Positions 23,958 to 37,062 of a stretch of 64,000 nt of DNA are shown here, piece after piece. The stretch comes from Octopus sinensis. Taxonomy: Eukaryota. A program made the translations under genes and the position numbers. The stretch's first letter is position 1. Every line of letters starts with the position of its first letter. The notes beneath the pieces were generated by a model that was not told the origin of the DNA, did no database searches, and saw only the letters and a program-made list of their open reading frames with translations. The stretch covers positions 6,448,001 to 6,512,000 of the forward strand of contig NC_042998.1 in the NCBI RefSeq assembly GCF_006345805.1, in the 5' to 3' direction.

Positions 23958-25192
23958 CAGGAATTGGACAAAATAATGGAAACACCTAGCATCCTAGCAT
24001 CATAATTTTGAAATATCTATAAAACCATCAAAAACTTGTTTATTTCCATGTTTTTTGATATTATTATTAGTGTTGCTTAATATGTTTTGCTAAAATTGCT
24101 CTTTCTCTTCCGATATAATCAGAAAACAGGTAATTAAAATTCATTAAAATGACAGATCTATCGCACTTTCAAAGAGGTCAACTTGTTGGTGCTTGTATCG
24201 CAGGTGCTAGCATAACGAAAACGGCTGAAATGTTTGGTGTATCAAAAAGTAATGTCTCAAAAGTAATGACAGCCTTTGAGAAAGAGGGGAAAACCTCCTA
24301 GCAGAAACAAAACTCTGGAAGAAAACCAAAACTTTCAAATAGGGACCGCCAGACTCTTACATGAATTGTTAGAATGGCTCACAAAAGTACAGCTCCCAAA
24401 ATTACTGCAGAGCTTAATGACCACCTCAAGAACCCAGTTTCCACAAAAACTGTTCGCTGGGAGCCAGATTTTATGGAAGGGCTGCAATCAGAAAACCATG
24501 ACTTTCAAAGACAAACATTGCAAAGTGTTTAGAGTGGAGTAAAAACCTATAGAATTTATCCCTAGAGCAGAGGAGGAATGTTATTTTCATGGACAAATCA
24601 TCCTTTACCTCAGAGTATATGTGTGGAGACAGCCAAAAGAAGCATTTGACCCAGACAGCCTTCTTCCAACTGTTAAACATGGAGGAGAATCTGTGATGAT
24701 TTGGGGGAGGGGGTCTATATCTTGGAAATCCTCTGGCCCAATGGTTTCCCTTCAATGTTACGATTAATAGTCAAGACTATTTAAGCACTTTATCTGATCA
24801 AATTCATCCTATGGTTGTGGAACTGTTTCTGGAGGGAAAAGTAATCTTTCAGGATGATAATGCACCAATTCACACAGCTAAAGTTGTTATTGAATGGCAC
24901 GAGGAACATTCTAGTGAAGTTGAACATCTTATCTGGTCACCACAGTCCCCAGATCTCAATATTATTGAACATTATTGATGCATTTTAGAAAAACAAGTAA
25001 GGAGTCAATATCCTCCACCATCATCACTACAAGAACTGGAGACTGTTTTAGCTGAAGAATCGATAAAAACTTTGTACAAGTCCATACCTCATAGAATCCA
25101 AGCTGTAATTACTGCCAAAAGCAGTCTGACCCCATATTAGAATAAATTTGTTTGAAATTTTAAGGTGTTTCCATCATTTTGTCCAACCCCTG
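23958..25192 (+). mobile_element. Complete Tc1-like DNA transposon, 1235 bp, DD36E spacing; transposase pseudogene 24149-25140
   Basis: 30-bp TIRs (23958-23987 and 25163-25192, 27/30 match); TA on both sides; HTH N-terminus MTDLSHFQRGQLVGAC...; VIFMD (24592), FQDDNAPIH (D at 24856), SPDLNIIE (E at 24967); frameshifts and stops present. Confidence 0.93.
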
Positions 25193-25218
25193 TACATATA
25201 CGTGTGTGTGTGTGTGTA

Positions 25219-25477
25219 AACAACCCTTATTCAGGGACCTTTCGAGTGGGAAGGGCTACTTGACCTGAAGAAAATTCTAACTGGACCCCACCTGCAAGAT
25301 TATGCGCTGTTAATCTTGACATGAGATCACCATGTCGTGCACATAAGGTTGTGTTGCACATGCCTGGTGTACACTTATCAGACAGGTAGTCATGATGGGT
25401 ATACTGGGCTTCGTATATTTTACTCCAGTGTCACTTTGATGGCATGCACTGTTCTCTCACTCAATAATAATAATAAT
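25219..25477 (+). mobile_element. Family F repeat, 3' half, (AAT)n tail
   Basis: Matches 37378-37640. Confidence 0.8.
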
Positions 25478-25927
25478 CCTTTCTACAAAGACACAAGGCC
25501 TGAAATTTGGTGGGACAGGGCTAGTCAATTAGATCGGTCCAGAATGCAACTGGGTCTTAATTTACTGACCCTGAAAGTTTGAAAGGCAAAGTCGACCTTG
25601 GTGGAAGTTGAGGTCAGAACGTAGCAACAGGCAAAATACCGCAAAGCATTTTGTCTAGCATGCTAACGATTCTGCCAGCTCAACGCCTTAATAATAATGA
25701 TAATAATAATAACCTTTTCTACTCTAGGCACAAGGCCTGAAATTTTGGGAGAGGGGCCAGTCGATTAGAGCAACCCCAATACACAACTGGTACTTAATTT
25801 ATTGACCCCGAAAGGATAAAAGGCAACATTGACCTCAGTGGAATTTGAACTCAGAACAAAAAGACATGCGAAATACTGGTAAGCATTTCGCCCAAGTGTG
25901 CTAATGATTCTGCCAGCTCACCACCTT
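25478..25927 (-). mobile_element. Two tandem family C-related copies
   Basis: Each has aaaggcaa..gacct..gtggaa.ttga..tcagaac and tgctaa.gattctgccagctca, with (AAT)n between them. Confidence 0.75.
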
Positions 25928-26039
25928 AATAATAACAATAATAATAATAATAACAATAATAATAATGCTGAAGTGAAGAACAAGTATATAGTCCTTGTGG
26001 TTATTAGGCAAAGGCAAAAACTGACCATCCCTAAATATA

Positions 26040-26070
<31 letters not shown>

Positions 26071-26272
26071 CATGTGTATTATGTGTGTGTGTACTGTCTT
26101 CCTGACATTATGAGATGGCTGTAAATAAGCATCATCATCATCATCATAGAAGCAAGGTTATTCAGTTCCAGTCTTTGGAAAACATGTTTAACAGAGCGGA
26201 AAAGCCTTTGCTTGGAAATTGGTGAGGGTTGGCAGCATGTTCCATCTGAACCATGCAAGTATGGAAAAGTGG

Positions 26273-26460
26273 ACATCATGATGATGATGATTGATGATGA
26301 TTATTGATGATTGATGATAATTGATGATGATGATGATTGATGATGATGATGATTGATAATGATGATTGATGATGATGATTGATGATGATGATGATTGATG
26401 GGTGATTGATGATGGTGATGATGATGATGATTGATGGATGATGGATGATGGTGATGCAAA
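26273..26460. repeat. Cryptic (GAT)n microsatellite
   Basis: gatgattgatgatgat variants; explains the poly-H/S/I ORFs on the minus strand. Confidence 0.95.
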
Positions 26461-27059
26461 GAGTGTATGTGATGAATGTTGGTGGCTGAGCATGAATGTC
26501 TGTTACAGGTACTTAATTTACAGATCGTATATTTAGAGCGGACCCCACAACCTGATATTGCTGGCCTTTTGGCAAGATTTGAAACCAGTTTACAGTTCAC
26601 GTTCTAAAACTCTGGAATGTATATCTTTTGCATTTAGAGAGTTAAGGGTATGCAGCAGAAAGGACAAAACTTTCTGTCAACAAAGATGGTGACAGCAAAT
26701 GTCTGTTCATTCCAGTTTAATGTCTCCAAGTAAGCTGTCACTGTATATTTAATAGGGGATTGGAAGTCATCACAAAAAATACAAAACAAAGAGAGAGAAG
26801 AATGCAATCAGTTTAATTAATGCTGCAAAAGCTAATTAGACAGTGTATAGTGTATAAGGATATGTATGTAGTGTGCATTCTAAGTAAATGAAAAAATGAA
26901 AAATGTGTGTATATATGTGTGTGTGAATTAGACATTCGAAAATGCCATTTACAAGTTTTTCTCTTGTTAAGCAAATCTTTTGATTTCGTTCTTTATATTT
27001 TTGATATGGATGGTGTTCCAGCATGGCCACAGCCTTTGAGCTGAAGCATGAAAAAGAAT

Positions 27060-27293
27060 ATTTATTTCTTTATTGCCCACAGGGGGTTAAACATATAGGG
27101 ACAAACAAGGACAGACAAACGGATTAAGTCGATTACATCGACCCCAGTGCATAACTGGTACTTATTTAATCGACCCCGAAAGGATGAAAGGCAAAGTCAC
27201 CCTCGGCGGAATTTGAACTCAGAACGTAACGGCAGACGAAAAACGGCTACGCATTTCGCCCGGCGTGCTAACGATTCTGCCAGCTCGCCGCCT
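27060..27293 (-). mobile_element. SINE family C, full length
   Basis: Reverse complement of 21895-22128. Confidence 0.9.
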
Positions 27294-27459
27294 TAAATGA
27301 AAAAGAATATATATATATATAATTATAACTATAATTAAGGGTTTAGCAACAAGTAGCTTCAACACATACAGAAAATTTAGAAATAGCAGCCAAAGGACTG
27401 TTATTACTTTTCACTACTTTTGGCAAAGTTCAGTCATTTCGCCAATCCTATTATTCTCT

Positions 27460-27700
27460 TATTCTTTTACTTGTTTCAGTGATTTGGCTGCGGCCATGCT
27501 TGAACACCGCCTTTAGCCGAGCAAATCAACCCCAAGACTTATTCTTTGTAAACCTAGTACTTATTCTATCGGGCTCTTTTACCGAACTGCTAAGTTACGG
27601 GCACACAAATACACCAGCATCGGTTGTCAAGCGATGTTGAGGGGACAAACAGGCACACACATACATACATAAAGATATATACATATGCATATATATATAT
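27460..27700 (-). mobile_element. SINE family A, 3' half
   Basis: From the tail to the internal TA tract; head absent. Confidence 0.8.
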
Positions 27701-27793
27701 ATATATATATATATGATGATGTATATATATATCATTTATATTATTACTTGATTGAACGCCACATATCCCTTTCCAAGTAAGTTTATCTTTATA

Positions 27794-27837
<44 letters not shown>

Positions 27838-27853
27838 CATGTGTGTGTGTGTG

Positions 27854-27892
<39 letters not shown>

Positions 27893-28131
27893 CAAGATGG
27901 GACAAGAACGCATAACACCCAGTGATACAAAAATGGGACAACAAAGCATCCAGATAGACGATACAAAGAAACCAAGGACGGGTCATTCGGAGTCTTCTTT
28001 CCTCAGTTGAGTACCAGATTATCTTTACAATTTCGGCTGATTATTAACATGTCAGCTATTGTTAACATTTTTACTGCTAATCCAATTTCCAATATAGCCG
28101 GGTTTAACAATCTACAGGTGGGGTTGCTACA

Positions 28132-28174
<43 letters not shown>

Positions 28175-28744
28175 GTATATATATATATAAACCAAATAAA
28201 TACATAAAATATAGAAAAAATCCTATATTTCAGGAGACAGAAAAAAAAATATTTGTACTTATCCAAAACTAATGATGTTCCAAGAGAATAGCACTTAATA
28301 AAGGAACTGAAGCACAACATCCCAATTCTTCAGCTGACAAGAAGTTGTCACATACAAAGTCATTAGTTAAAAAATATAGAGAATTTCAGAGCAAGAGCAG
28401 GGAAACGAATTTCACAAGAGTAATTTTGTCAAAATATGACATCTTTTCAGAATCACATCATTAAGATTTTTGTCATATGTTTCCAATGTTGTGAAAAGAT
28501 ATTTCTAGAAGATGCATTTCAGTGGCTATATTCCCTAGCCAGGTTGTGTACAAGACGCTACGTTGAGATCAGTAAATAGCTTCTGCCAATTAACATCACC
28601 TAATTGAAGTATTGCCAGCTGTTCACATATATATATATACATATGTATGTCTCTTCTATATTTTAATTATTATAAATCTTCCACAGAAGAGGGAGCTGGT
28701 TTCCAACAAAGATACAAGGCTCCATCTTTGGGATGTAGTAAACA

Positions 28745-29460
28745 CAGACAAATTCTCATTTGGAACTTGAGAAAAGTCTTGCATATTTTTAATGTTCCAC
28801 TCACAGATTGCACTTATAATGTACGAATTAGCCGGTCGATTTCTCTTTCTGAAAATCCCAGTTTATCCAGATTCCCCTTTAAGCATTTACTAACAAAAAC
28901 TAGTGCTCCAATTATTATTGGTATGAAGATGAATTCATAGTCTGGATATAGAAGCTGGAGGTTTCAAAGCAGCTGTCCATAGATATCCTTTTTTCTTTGA
29001 TTTTCAAAGAGATATTTATTATCTGTAGGGCAGCTAACCTCTATGATGATACATACCTTTGCTCCTATCCCAAACAATATCCAGCCTGTTATGCTTACAT
29101 TTGACAGAATTTTTGATGGGACTATTCCACCAGTATTCTTTGAATTAGTGTTTATGAATGTATTCCATAACAGAGGGATTTTCTAAGTTTATTTCAAGAC
29201 AGCCTTTTTTGTGGATGGCATTGTAAATTGTTTTAGCAATAACATCAGGTCGCATAGGGAGATAGTACCGTGATGACATTTTAGGCTAGCTGCTAATCAC
29301 ATGTGTGATGTCTTCCACAGAAACGCGACATAGCCTACACATGCGGTTAGACCTTGGAATTACAAGAGCATCACTGTCTCTCTTGGTCATCAGGTACTTT
29401 GTGGCAATCTCCTGTTCCTGGACTGCAAATGCATAGCCTTCATAGAGTGATCTGATGTAG
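28745..29460 (-). pseudogene. Decayed RLE-type non-LTR retrotransposon 3' region (R4/NeSL/Hero-like): CCHC knuckle + restriction-like endonuclease
   Basis: Minus strand reads EGYAFAVQEQEIATKY...CRLCRVSVEDITHVISS*...MRPDVIAK, then KHNRLDIV, IIEVSCPTD, KKDIY, PIIIGAL; stops and shifts present. Confidence 0.8.
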
Positions 29461-29483
29461 TAGTATGTGTGTGTGTGTATATA

Positions 29484-29886
29484 CTTTCTTTTACTTGTTT
29501 CAGTCATTTGACTGCAGCCATACTGGAGCACCGCCTTTAGTCAAGCAAATCGACCCCGGGACTTATTCTTTGTAAGCCCAGTACTTATTCTATCGGTCTC
29601 TTTTTGCCGAACCGCTAAGTTACGGGGAGGTAAGCACGCCAGCATCGTTTGTCAAGCAATGCTAGGGGTACAAACACAGACACACAAACAAACACACACA
29701 TACATATATATATACATATACACGACAGGCTTCTTTCAGTTTCTGTCTACCAAATCCACTCACATGGCATTGGTCGGCCTGGGGCTATAGCAGAAGACAC
29801 TTGCCCAAGATGCCACGCAGTGGGACTGAACCCGGAACCATGTGGTTGCTTAGCAAGCTACTTACCACACAGCCACTCCTGCGCCT
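29484..29886 (-). mobile_element. SINE family A, full length
   Basis: Complete reverse copy. Confidence 0.9.
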
Positions 29887-30434
29887 ATAGTATATATATT
29901 AACCTTTTTGCTACCGTAATTCTTTTGAAATATACTGCTTTTATTTCAGTAATAATGAAGAATTTCAGAAATCTGGACTTGAGCCTAAATCATTTAAAAC
30001 AAGACTGTACCAACTGGTGGTATCCCATCACCATTGGAATCAAAAACTTTGAACCCACCAGAAGAGGAACGGTAGAAATCAAACAACAGGAGAGAAAGGC
30101 TCAACAAAACCCCCCTCATCCTCTACAAACATTACTATGCAGTCAATGTCATTGACTTTTCCATACAAGAATTCATCTACAAAGTCATCATCGCCATCCC
30201 TATAAGGGAAGTGTTTAGCAAAGAAGAAACTAAATTCTCGGATACGAGCTAAGGTCAATGATGAATGAAGAATTTAGTAAAATAACCTTGTCCTTCTTTA
30301 GCCTGTGTTTGGAACATAATATATAGAAGTTTGATGAAGAAGTTTATATCATAAAATACAAGACAGTTTCAGACTGGTTGGTATCAAAAAGATCAGCCTG
30401 CACACAAACACACACACACACCATCATTGTTTAA

Positions 30435-30658
30435 CCTTTTCGTTACCAATCTGGTTGAAACTGGACCGGCTCTGGCTCTGAGTACAAATGTCTTGTTTTC
30501 ATAAGTTTTGAATTAAAATCTTCCACCAAACCTTAGTCGCAATTTATGTCCCTAACACTAGCTTAATAACTAAGTTATTTAACTAAATTCTTAGTTATAT
30601 TTAAAATAATTGAAAGAAACACAGAGCATCTCAAAATATATTTACGGTATCAAAAGGG
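30435..30658. mobile_element. piggyBac-like MITE family 2
   Basis: TTAA at 30431-30434 and 30659-30662; reverse orientation to 21430-21688. Confidence 0.85.
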
Positions 30659-31150
30659 TTAATGCATTACATAAAAAATATTAGTCATCCATTCTTTTAT
30701 TAGTATACAAAAAATCAAGTTTGTACGCACAATATAATGAAAGTTATAACAATTTTAAAACACTAGGTGCTCATGTTTTTAGTTCCCTCAAAAATAATGC
30801 AGTGGCGGGGAGAAACTATTCTAGGGGCAAATCAGTGTGCTAATGGCTAAATAAACAAACCTTATTTTTGGTATTTTCTGTTCTGTCATTTTACTAAATT
30901 CTTTGTTATATTTAAAGTAATTGAAAGAAACAGAGAGCATCTCAAAATAAATACAGTAACAAAAGGGTTAAACATGAAATGCTTTTTATGCTTGCATGGG
31001 TTGGGCAAAATATGTTGAGAAAAAAATTTTTTTCTATGGTCAATTGCTCTTTCTGTGGTTAAACCTCATATATTTCAAGTATAACCAGACATGTTTTCAC
31101 AGAAGATTAGAGAATGCTGGTGACATTTACTTACAATAATTGCACAATAT

Positions 31151-31314
31151 GCGCAAGAGTGGCTGTGTGGTAAGTAGCTTGCTTACCAACCACATGGTTC
31201 CGGGTTCAGTCCCACTGCGTGGCACCTTGGGCAAGTGTCTTCTACTATAGCCTCGGGCTGACCAAAGCCTTGTGAGAGGATTTGGTAGACGGAAACTGAA
31301 AGAAGCCCGTCATA

Positions 31315-31348
<34 letters not shown>

Positions 31349-31561
31349 CATGTGTGTGTGTGTGTGTCTGTCCCCTCCAACATCGCTTGACAACCGATGC
31401 TGGTGTGTTTACGTCCCCGTAACTTAGCAGTTCGGTAAAAGAGACCGATAGAATAAGTACTGGGCTTACAAAGAATAAGTCCCGGGGTCGAGTTGCTTGA
31501 TTAAAGGTGGTGTTCCAGCATGGCTGCAGTCAAATGACTGAAACAAGTAAAAGAGTAAAGA
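31151..31561 (+). mobile_element. SINE family A, full length
   Basis: Complete from head to tail. Confidence 0.9.
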
Positions 31562-31599
31562 GAATATCAAGGTTAGGAGATACACACACCATCATGAAC

Positions 31600-31890
31600 A
31601 GCAGCAGCAGCAGTATCAACATTTAACGTCCGTTTTCCATGCTGGCATGGGTTGGATGGCATGAGAGGAACTGGCAAGGCCAGGGGCACACCAGATTCCA
31701 TTGTCTGTTTTGGCTTGGTTTCTACAGCTTGATGCCCTTCCTAACACCAACCACTTTACAGCATGTACTGGGCTCTTTTTACAAGGCACCTTCACCAGTG
31801 CTTTTTAAATGGCACCAGCATCAGTGCTTTTCATGTGGCACCATGTGGCACCATCACCAGTGCTTATTATGTGGCACCATCACTTGTGCT
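31600..31890 (-). mobile_element. SINE family B, degenerate
   Basis: Closely resembles 656-850. Confidence 0.7.
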
Positions 31891-32029
31891 CACACTGGGT
31901 TTGCTAGAGTTTCCATCAATAGAATTCACTCACAAGATAGTTGATCTAGAGCTTCAGTAGAAGACACTTGACCAACCTGCCATTCAGTGGAATGGAACCC
32001 AGAACCACGTGGTTGAAGACCAAACTTCT

Positions 32030-32082
<53 letters not shown>

Positions 32083-32619
32083 ATGCTCTTTTTATTCAGC
32101 AACATGGCACTAAGTTCAGAAAACCAACACTACTTTGACTTCAACGACAGTGAGGATATACACCATCAATTAGAAGGAAGACCCATTTATATTGTTATAC
32201 TGTCAGTTAAAGAATTAATTGAAAAGGAGACACTCTCAGATGCTGGAAAACTATGGCACTAAAAGAAATTGTAACGCTATCATGTTCCAATAAGGAAATC
32301 GATGTAAAAAGTACAAAAGCAAAAACAAAAGAAAGAACTATGCACTGTTTCTAGTCAGTTTCTCTCTTAGATTTACAGATATTTAACTTGACTAGATAAC
32401 ATGAACAGAAAGCCGTTTCGGAATCTCAGAGCATGTGCTACAGATCGTTGCTTATATCCACAGCGTTCATTCTTATCTTGGGTAGTGATGACTCTTTTTA
32501 TATTTCATCAATTTGGCAGTAATCTCATTTGTCTTTTCCGACAAAACGATATAGTTCTTAAAAAGATATAAAGATGTTGTGGAGAGTGTGTCTTTATATG
32601 GGGGGGCTGTGTGTGTGAC

Positions 32620-32622
32620 TGC

Positions 32623-32657
<35 letters not shown>

Positions 32658-32677
32658 TATATACATATATATACACA

Positions 32678-32754
<77 letters not shown>

Positions 32755-33200
32755 GTATGTATGTACGTGTATATATATATATATTCATTTAGATAGATAG
32801 ATAGATATATGTATGTATATATATGCATATGTGCGTGTGTATATATATATATGTATATATGTGTGTGTATGTATATATATGTGTATAAATATACATGTAT
32901 GTATATATGTGTGTATATATATACATGCATATATATATACATGTATGTATATATATATAATATATATATATATATATGTGTGTATATATATACATGTATG
33001 CATATATGTGTGTGTGGTATATATATATATATAAATGCATATATATATATACATGCATATATAACTTACTTGGGAAAGGATGCATGGCATTCAATCATAT
33101 AATAATATAAATAATATATATATGTGTGTGTGTGTGTATAATATATATATATATGTATAGGTAGGTAGGTATGTATGTATACACACACAAATGTGTGTAT
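32620..33200. repeat. Compound (TA)n/(CATA)n/(TG)n microsatellite
   Basis: Direct reading. Confidence 0.95.
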
Positions 33201-34016
33201 GTGTGTGTTTGAATTTGGGTAAAGCAGATTATTCCTAGCAAGAACTGAATCAGCTTATTTTCTATGAAGAGGGAAATACAATATTATTTTGTTACTGGTT
33301 TGTTATTACCATTTGTTTTTTCTTTTTGCCATTGTCTTCATCTTCTGCTTGCCACTTTATCATCATCATCATCGTCGTCATCTTCATCGTTGTCGTCATT
33401 GTCATTATCATCATCAATATCATCATTATTATTATTATTATTATTAATAAAATTGAAGATAAGTTCCATATATCATGATTTGAAATAAATGTATAACTAA
33501 AGAAAGACAAAACAGAAAAATATCAAAGAAACAAGAAAATGGCACACGGAATCTAACGACGGATGGAATAAGAAAAATGAATCTAGTAACGAAAGGAAAG
33601 AAAGCACGATCCGTTTCTTATCCAAAGTAATCGTTTTGAAATAAATACAGTGAAATGCATTCATAAATTTAAGTGGGAAAAGAGATGTATGAGAATATAC
33701 CTACAAGTTTCACAAAACCTACATTATGATACAAAATATCAAAATGTTTTTTTGTTTTATTAAGAAAATGCAATCTTATTTGTCATCTTATGCTACTTGT
33801 ACAATAATAATGATGTGGATATTTTCAAACGCTAAGTTCTACTTTAGTTTCATTACCTCTGCCTTAGCAAAGGCGGAGGTATTGTTTTCAGTTGTGTTTG
33901 GTTGTTATCCCAAGAACAGCTGGATGGATTCGGATGAAACTTTCAGAGAAGTTTGGCCTCGTGACTGGCACAAACTGATTAGATTTTGGGATTGATCTGG
34001 AGCCAGACAAAGATTC

Positions 34017-34414
34017 TCTTTACTCTTTTACTTGTTTCAGTCATTTGACTGCGGCCATGCTGGAGCACCGCCTTTAATCGAGCAACTCAGGACTTATTCT
34101 TTTGTAAGCCCAGTACTTATTCTATTGGTCTCTTTTGCCGAACCGCTAAGTTACGTGGACATAGACACACCAGCATCGGTTGTCAAGCAATGCTAGGGGG
34201 ACAAACATATACACACACACTTATATATATATATATATATATATATATACGACGGGCTTCTTTTCAGTTTCCGTCTAACAAATCCACTCACAAGGCTTTG
34301 GTCAGCCCGAGGCTATAGTAGAAGATACTTGCCCAAGGTGCCACACAGTGGGACTGAACCTGGAACCATGTGGTTGGTAAACAAGCTACTTACCACACAG
34401 CCACTCCTGCGCCT
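34017..34414 (-). mobile_element. SINE family A, full length
   Basis: Complete reverse copy. Confidence 0.9.
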
Positions 34415-34613
34415 GGATTACTTTTCCTATTTTTTTAGTTAATTTTTGAGAGTGGTCAGACTCATTTTTAATATTCTCGTTTGTGAGAGTAGTCGAGTTT
34501 ATTTCAGATATTCTCATTTTAAAAATCATCTCTCACTAATCATTGAGAGGACATGGGTGTTGCCTTGGTGGATGTTTGTACTGGGTGCTCTTGTTGTTAT
34601 TATTATTATTATA

Positions 34614-35030
34614 AGGTGAGCTGGTAGAATCATTAGCACACCAGGCAAAATGTGTAGCCGCATTTCATCTGCCCTTACATTCTGGGTTCAAATTCTGCTG
34701 AAGTCAACTTCACCTTCCATCCTTTCAGGGTCAATTAACCCTTTCATTACTAACCCGGCTGAAACCGGCTCTGGCTCTGAGTACAAATGTCTTGTTTTTT
34801 ATAAATTTTGAATTAAAATCTTCCACTAAACCTTAGTCACAATTTATGTTCCTAAAATTAGTTGAATGATAGCTAAGTTATTTTACTAAATTTTTTGTTA
34901 TATTTAAAGTAATTCAAAGTAACGCAGAACATTTCAAAATAAGTACGGTAATGAAAGGATTAAATAAGTACCAGCTACACACTGGGGTTGATGTAATCAA
35001 CTTAATCCCTTCCTCCAAATTAGAGGCCTT
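34614..35030 (+). mobile_element. Family C-related SINE interrupted by a family-2 MITE (34739-34959)
   Basis: TTAA at 34735-34738 and 34960-34963; the SINE resumes at ataagtacc. Confidence 0.8.
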
Positions 35031-35247
35031 CCAGTAGAAAGGATTATTATTATTACTATTGCTTTATTAGTCTCAGAATGCCTTCTCTGTCATTGATGAC
35101 CATAGATAAAGGTCCTACCTAGCTAGTGGTCCACACTACTATGCATCCAGTACAGGCAGCTTGATAGAATCCAAGCCTGGGCAGTAGGGTTAGAGAAGAG
35201 ATTGTTCCTGTGCACGTGCATGTGTGTCTTTACCCCATCTCCACATC

Positions 35248-35445
35248 ACTGGCACCTGTGCAGGTGGCACATAAAAAGCACCCACTACACTCGCGGAGTG
35301 GTTGGCGTTAGGAAGGGCATCCAGCTGTAGAAACACTGCCAGATCAGACTGGAGCCTGGTGCAGCCTCCTGGCTTCCCAGATCCCCGGTCGAACCGTCCA
35401 ACCCATGCTAGCGCAGAAAATGGACGTTAAACGATGATGATGATG
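35248..35445 (+). mobile_element. SINE family B, 5'-truncated
   Basis: Conserved 3' block and (GAT)n tail. Confidence 0.88.
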
Positions 35446-36552
35446 AAGTCTACCCTTGTTCTGAAATAGCTTCAAATAGTTTCATATTTATTGGCGGTAT
35501 GCAAAAAAGCAAAGAACAGCATGGCCACTATGATTTGACACCACTGTCATTGCAGACATTGCAACACACACTGTCTGCTATGCCAACAGAAATGCTTTAA
35601 ATGTACAAGAAGTTTTTACCATTTTGACTTATCCAGTTCTATTTGTCACACTGTCTAATGCAATCTACATTCACTAGCTTTCCTTTAATTAATACATTGG
35701 ACAGGATCGCATCCACCATTCTATTGAGCATACCCTCTTAGCTTTCTTCATCCTACATCCCTTTGATATAAAATAAATTTCTTCAAATTCCAAGACATCA
35801 CTGTTCCTTATATCCATTTCTCTCTTTAAGTAAATCTGCAGCTATTATCAATAATGATAACACTGACTCCAATAAGAAAGAAATCAGTTGTAAAATTTAA
35901 TGCTTGGATGACAATGAATGGCAAAAGAGAGGGTAGAACCATCATAAATTCTATAACCATCTCATTAAGTTCTTTGTTGAGAATAGGGATGGTCAATCAC
36001 AAGACTCTGTAGGCTTAATGATACTTTGCCTCAAGAAGAATAGGAATTGGAAATAAAAATGGGAAATGGTTATTCAATGTCATGCCACGAGATAAAGCGG
36101 AGACAAATGTGTCTTTGTTGACCTGGCTTTCTTAGTTCCGTTCTTTCTTTATTAAGAGAGGAGTGCTACCAATATTCAGATGCACAACTCATAATCAAAA
36201 TAGTTCTTACAAAACTTTTGGCACAAGGCTAGCAATTCTGAAGGGAGGTGACAAGTAGATTATATTGACCCCCCCCCCCCCCAGCACTTGACTGGTACTC
36301 TATTTTATCGACCCTGAAAGGGATGAAAGGCAAAAATTAATCTCAGTGGAATTTGAACTCAGAAGGTAGAAAGCCATCAGAAATGCTGCCAAACATTAGC
36401 ATCTGGTTCACTCACCATTCTTCCAGTTTGTTGCCTTACTACTATTACTACTACTACTACTACTACAACTACTACAACTACTACTACTACTACTACTACT
36501 ACTATTACAATTACTCTTACTACTTGTATTACAAATAGTAGACATAAGGTAA

Positions 36553-36910
36553 GATCATAGGGTCGAAAGTGTGCTGGGGTTGGAGAAATGTAAGATTTTG
36601 TGGGACTTCCCTATCCAAATGGACAAGAAGCTAGAAAATACTAAAAGACAAGAAAAAGCGAAATTGCTTACTAATTGATCCATCGTGTCCCTTTCATTCT
36701 TGGATTGTAAAGAAAGAAAACGAAAAACAAAAAACAAAAAACAAAAAATACAATACCTTCGAATATGAAAACTGTAATGGTTGTGACTGGTGCATAACTG
36801 GTGCATTGGGTATTGTCATAAATGGTTGAAGGAGTTTGGAATAGAATGTCCTGCAAGGCTTCTACAGAAGGTTTGCCTCTTAAGGACAGGAAATACCGTC
36901 AGGAGAGTGC
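36553..36910 (+). pseudogene. Decayed RLE-type non-LTR retrotransposon C-terminus (distinct from 28745-29460)
   Basis: Reads HRVESVL..KCKILWDFPIQMDK, LIDPSCPF, GALG, WLKEFGIECPARLLQKVCLLRTGNTVRRV, the typical RLE LINE end. Confidence 0.7.
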
Positions 36911-37062
36911 AAAGCACTTGAAAGACTATTGAAAGCTAGCGGTTAATTAAGGTTACAGGTAGTAACCTGCTACCCTCATAAATCCTACCAGGAATAAGAC
37001 TAAACCTGAGTCAAATTAATAAAATAATAATAATAAAATAATAATAATAATAATAATAATAA

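Noticed and set aside
26522-26608. Plus-strand acceptor followed by IVYLERTPQPDIAGLLARFETSLQFTF*
   Set aside because: Short, with no homology I can recognise and no corroborating exons.
27960-28040. Possible hammerhead (minus CTGAGGA...CCGAATGAC; also CCGAAATTGTA)
   Set aside because: Stem II does not pair, GAAU replaces GAAA, and the second GAAA has no upstream core. At most a remnant of a Penelope-like end.
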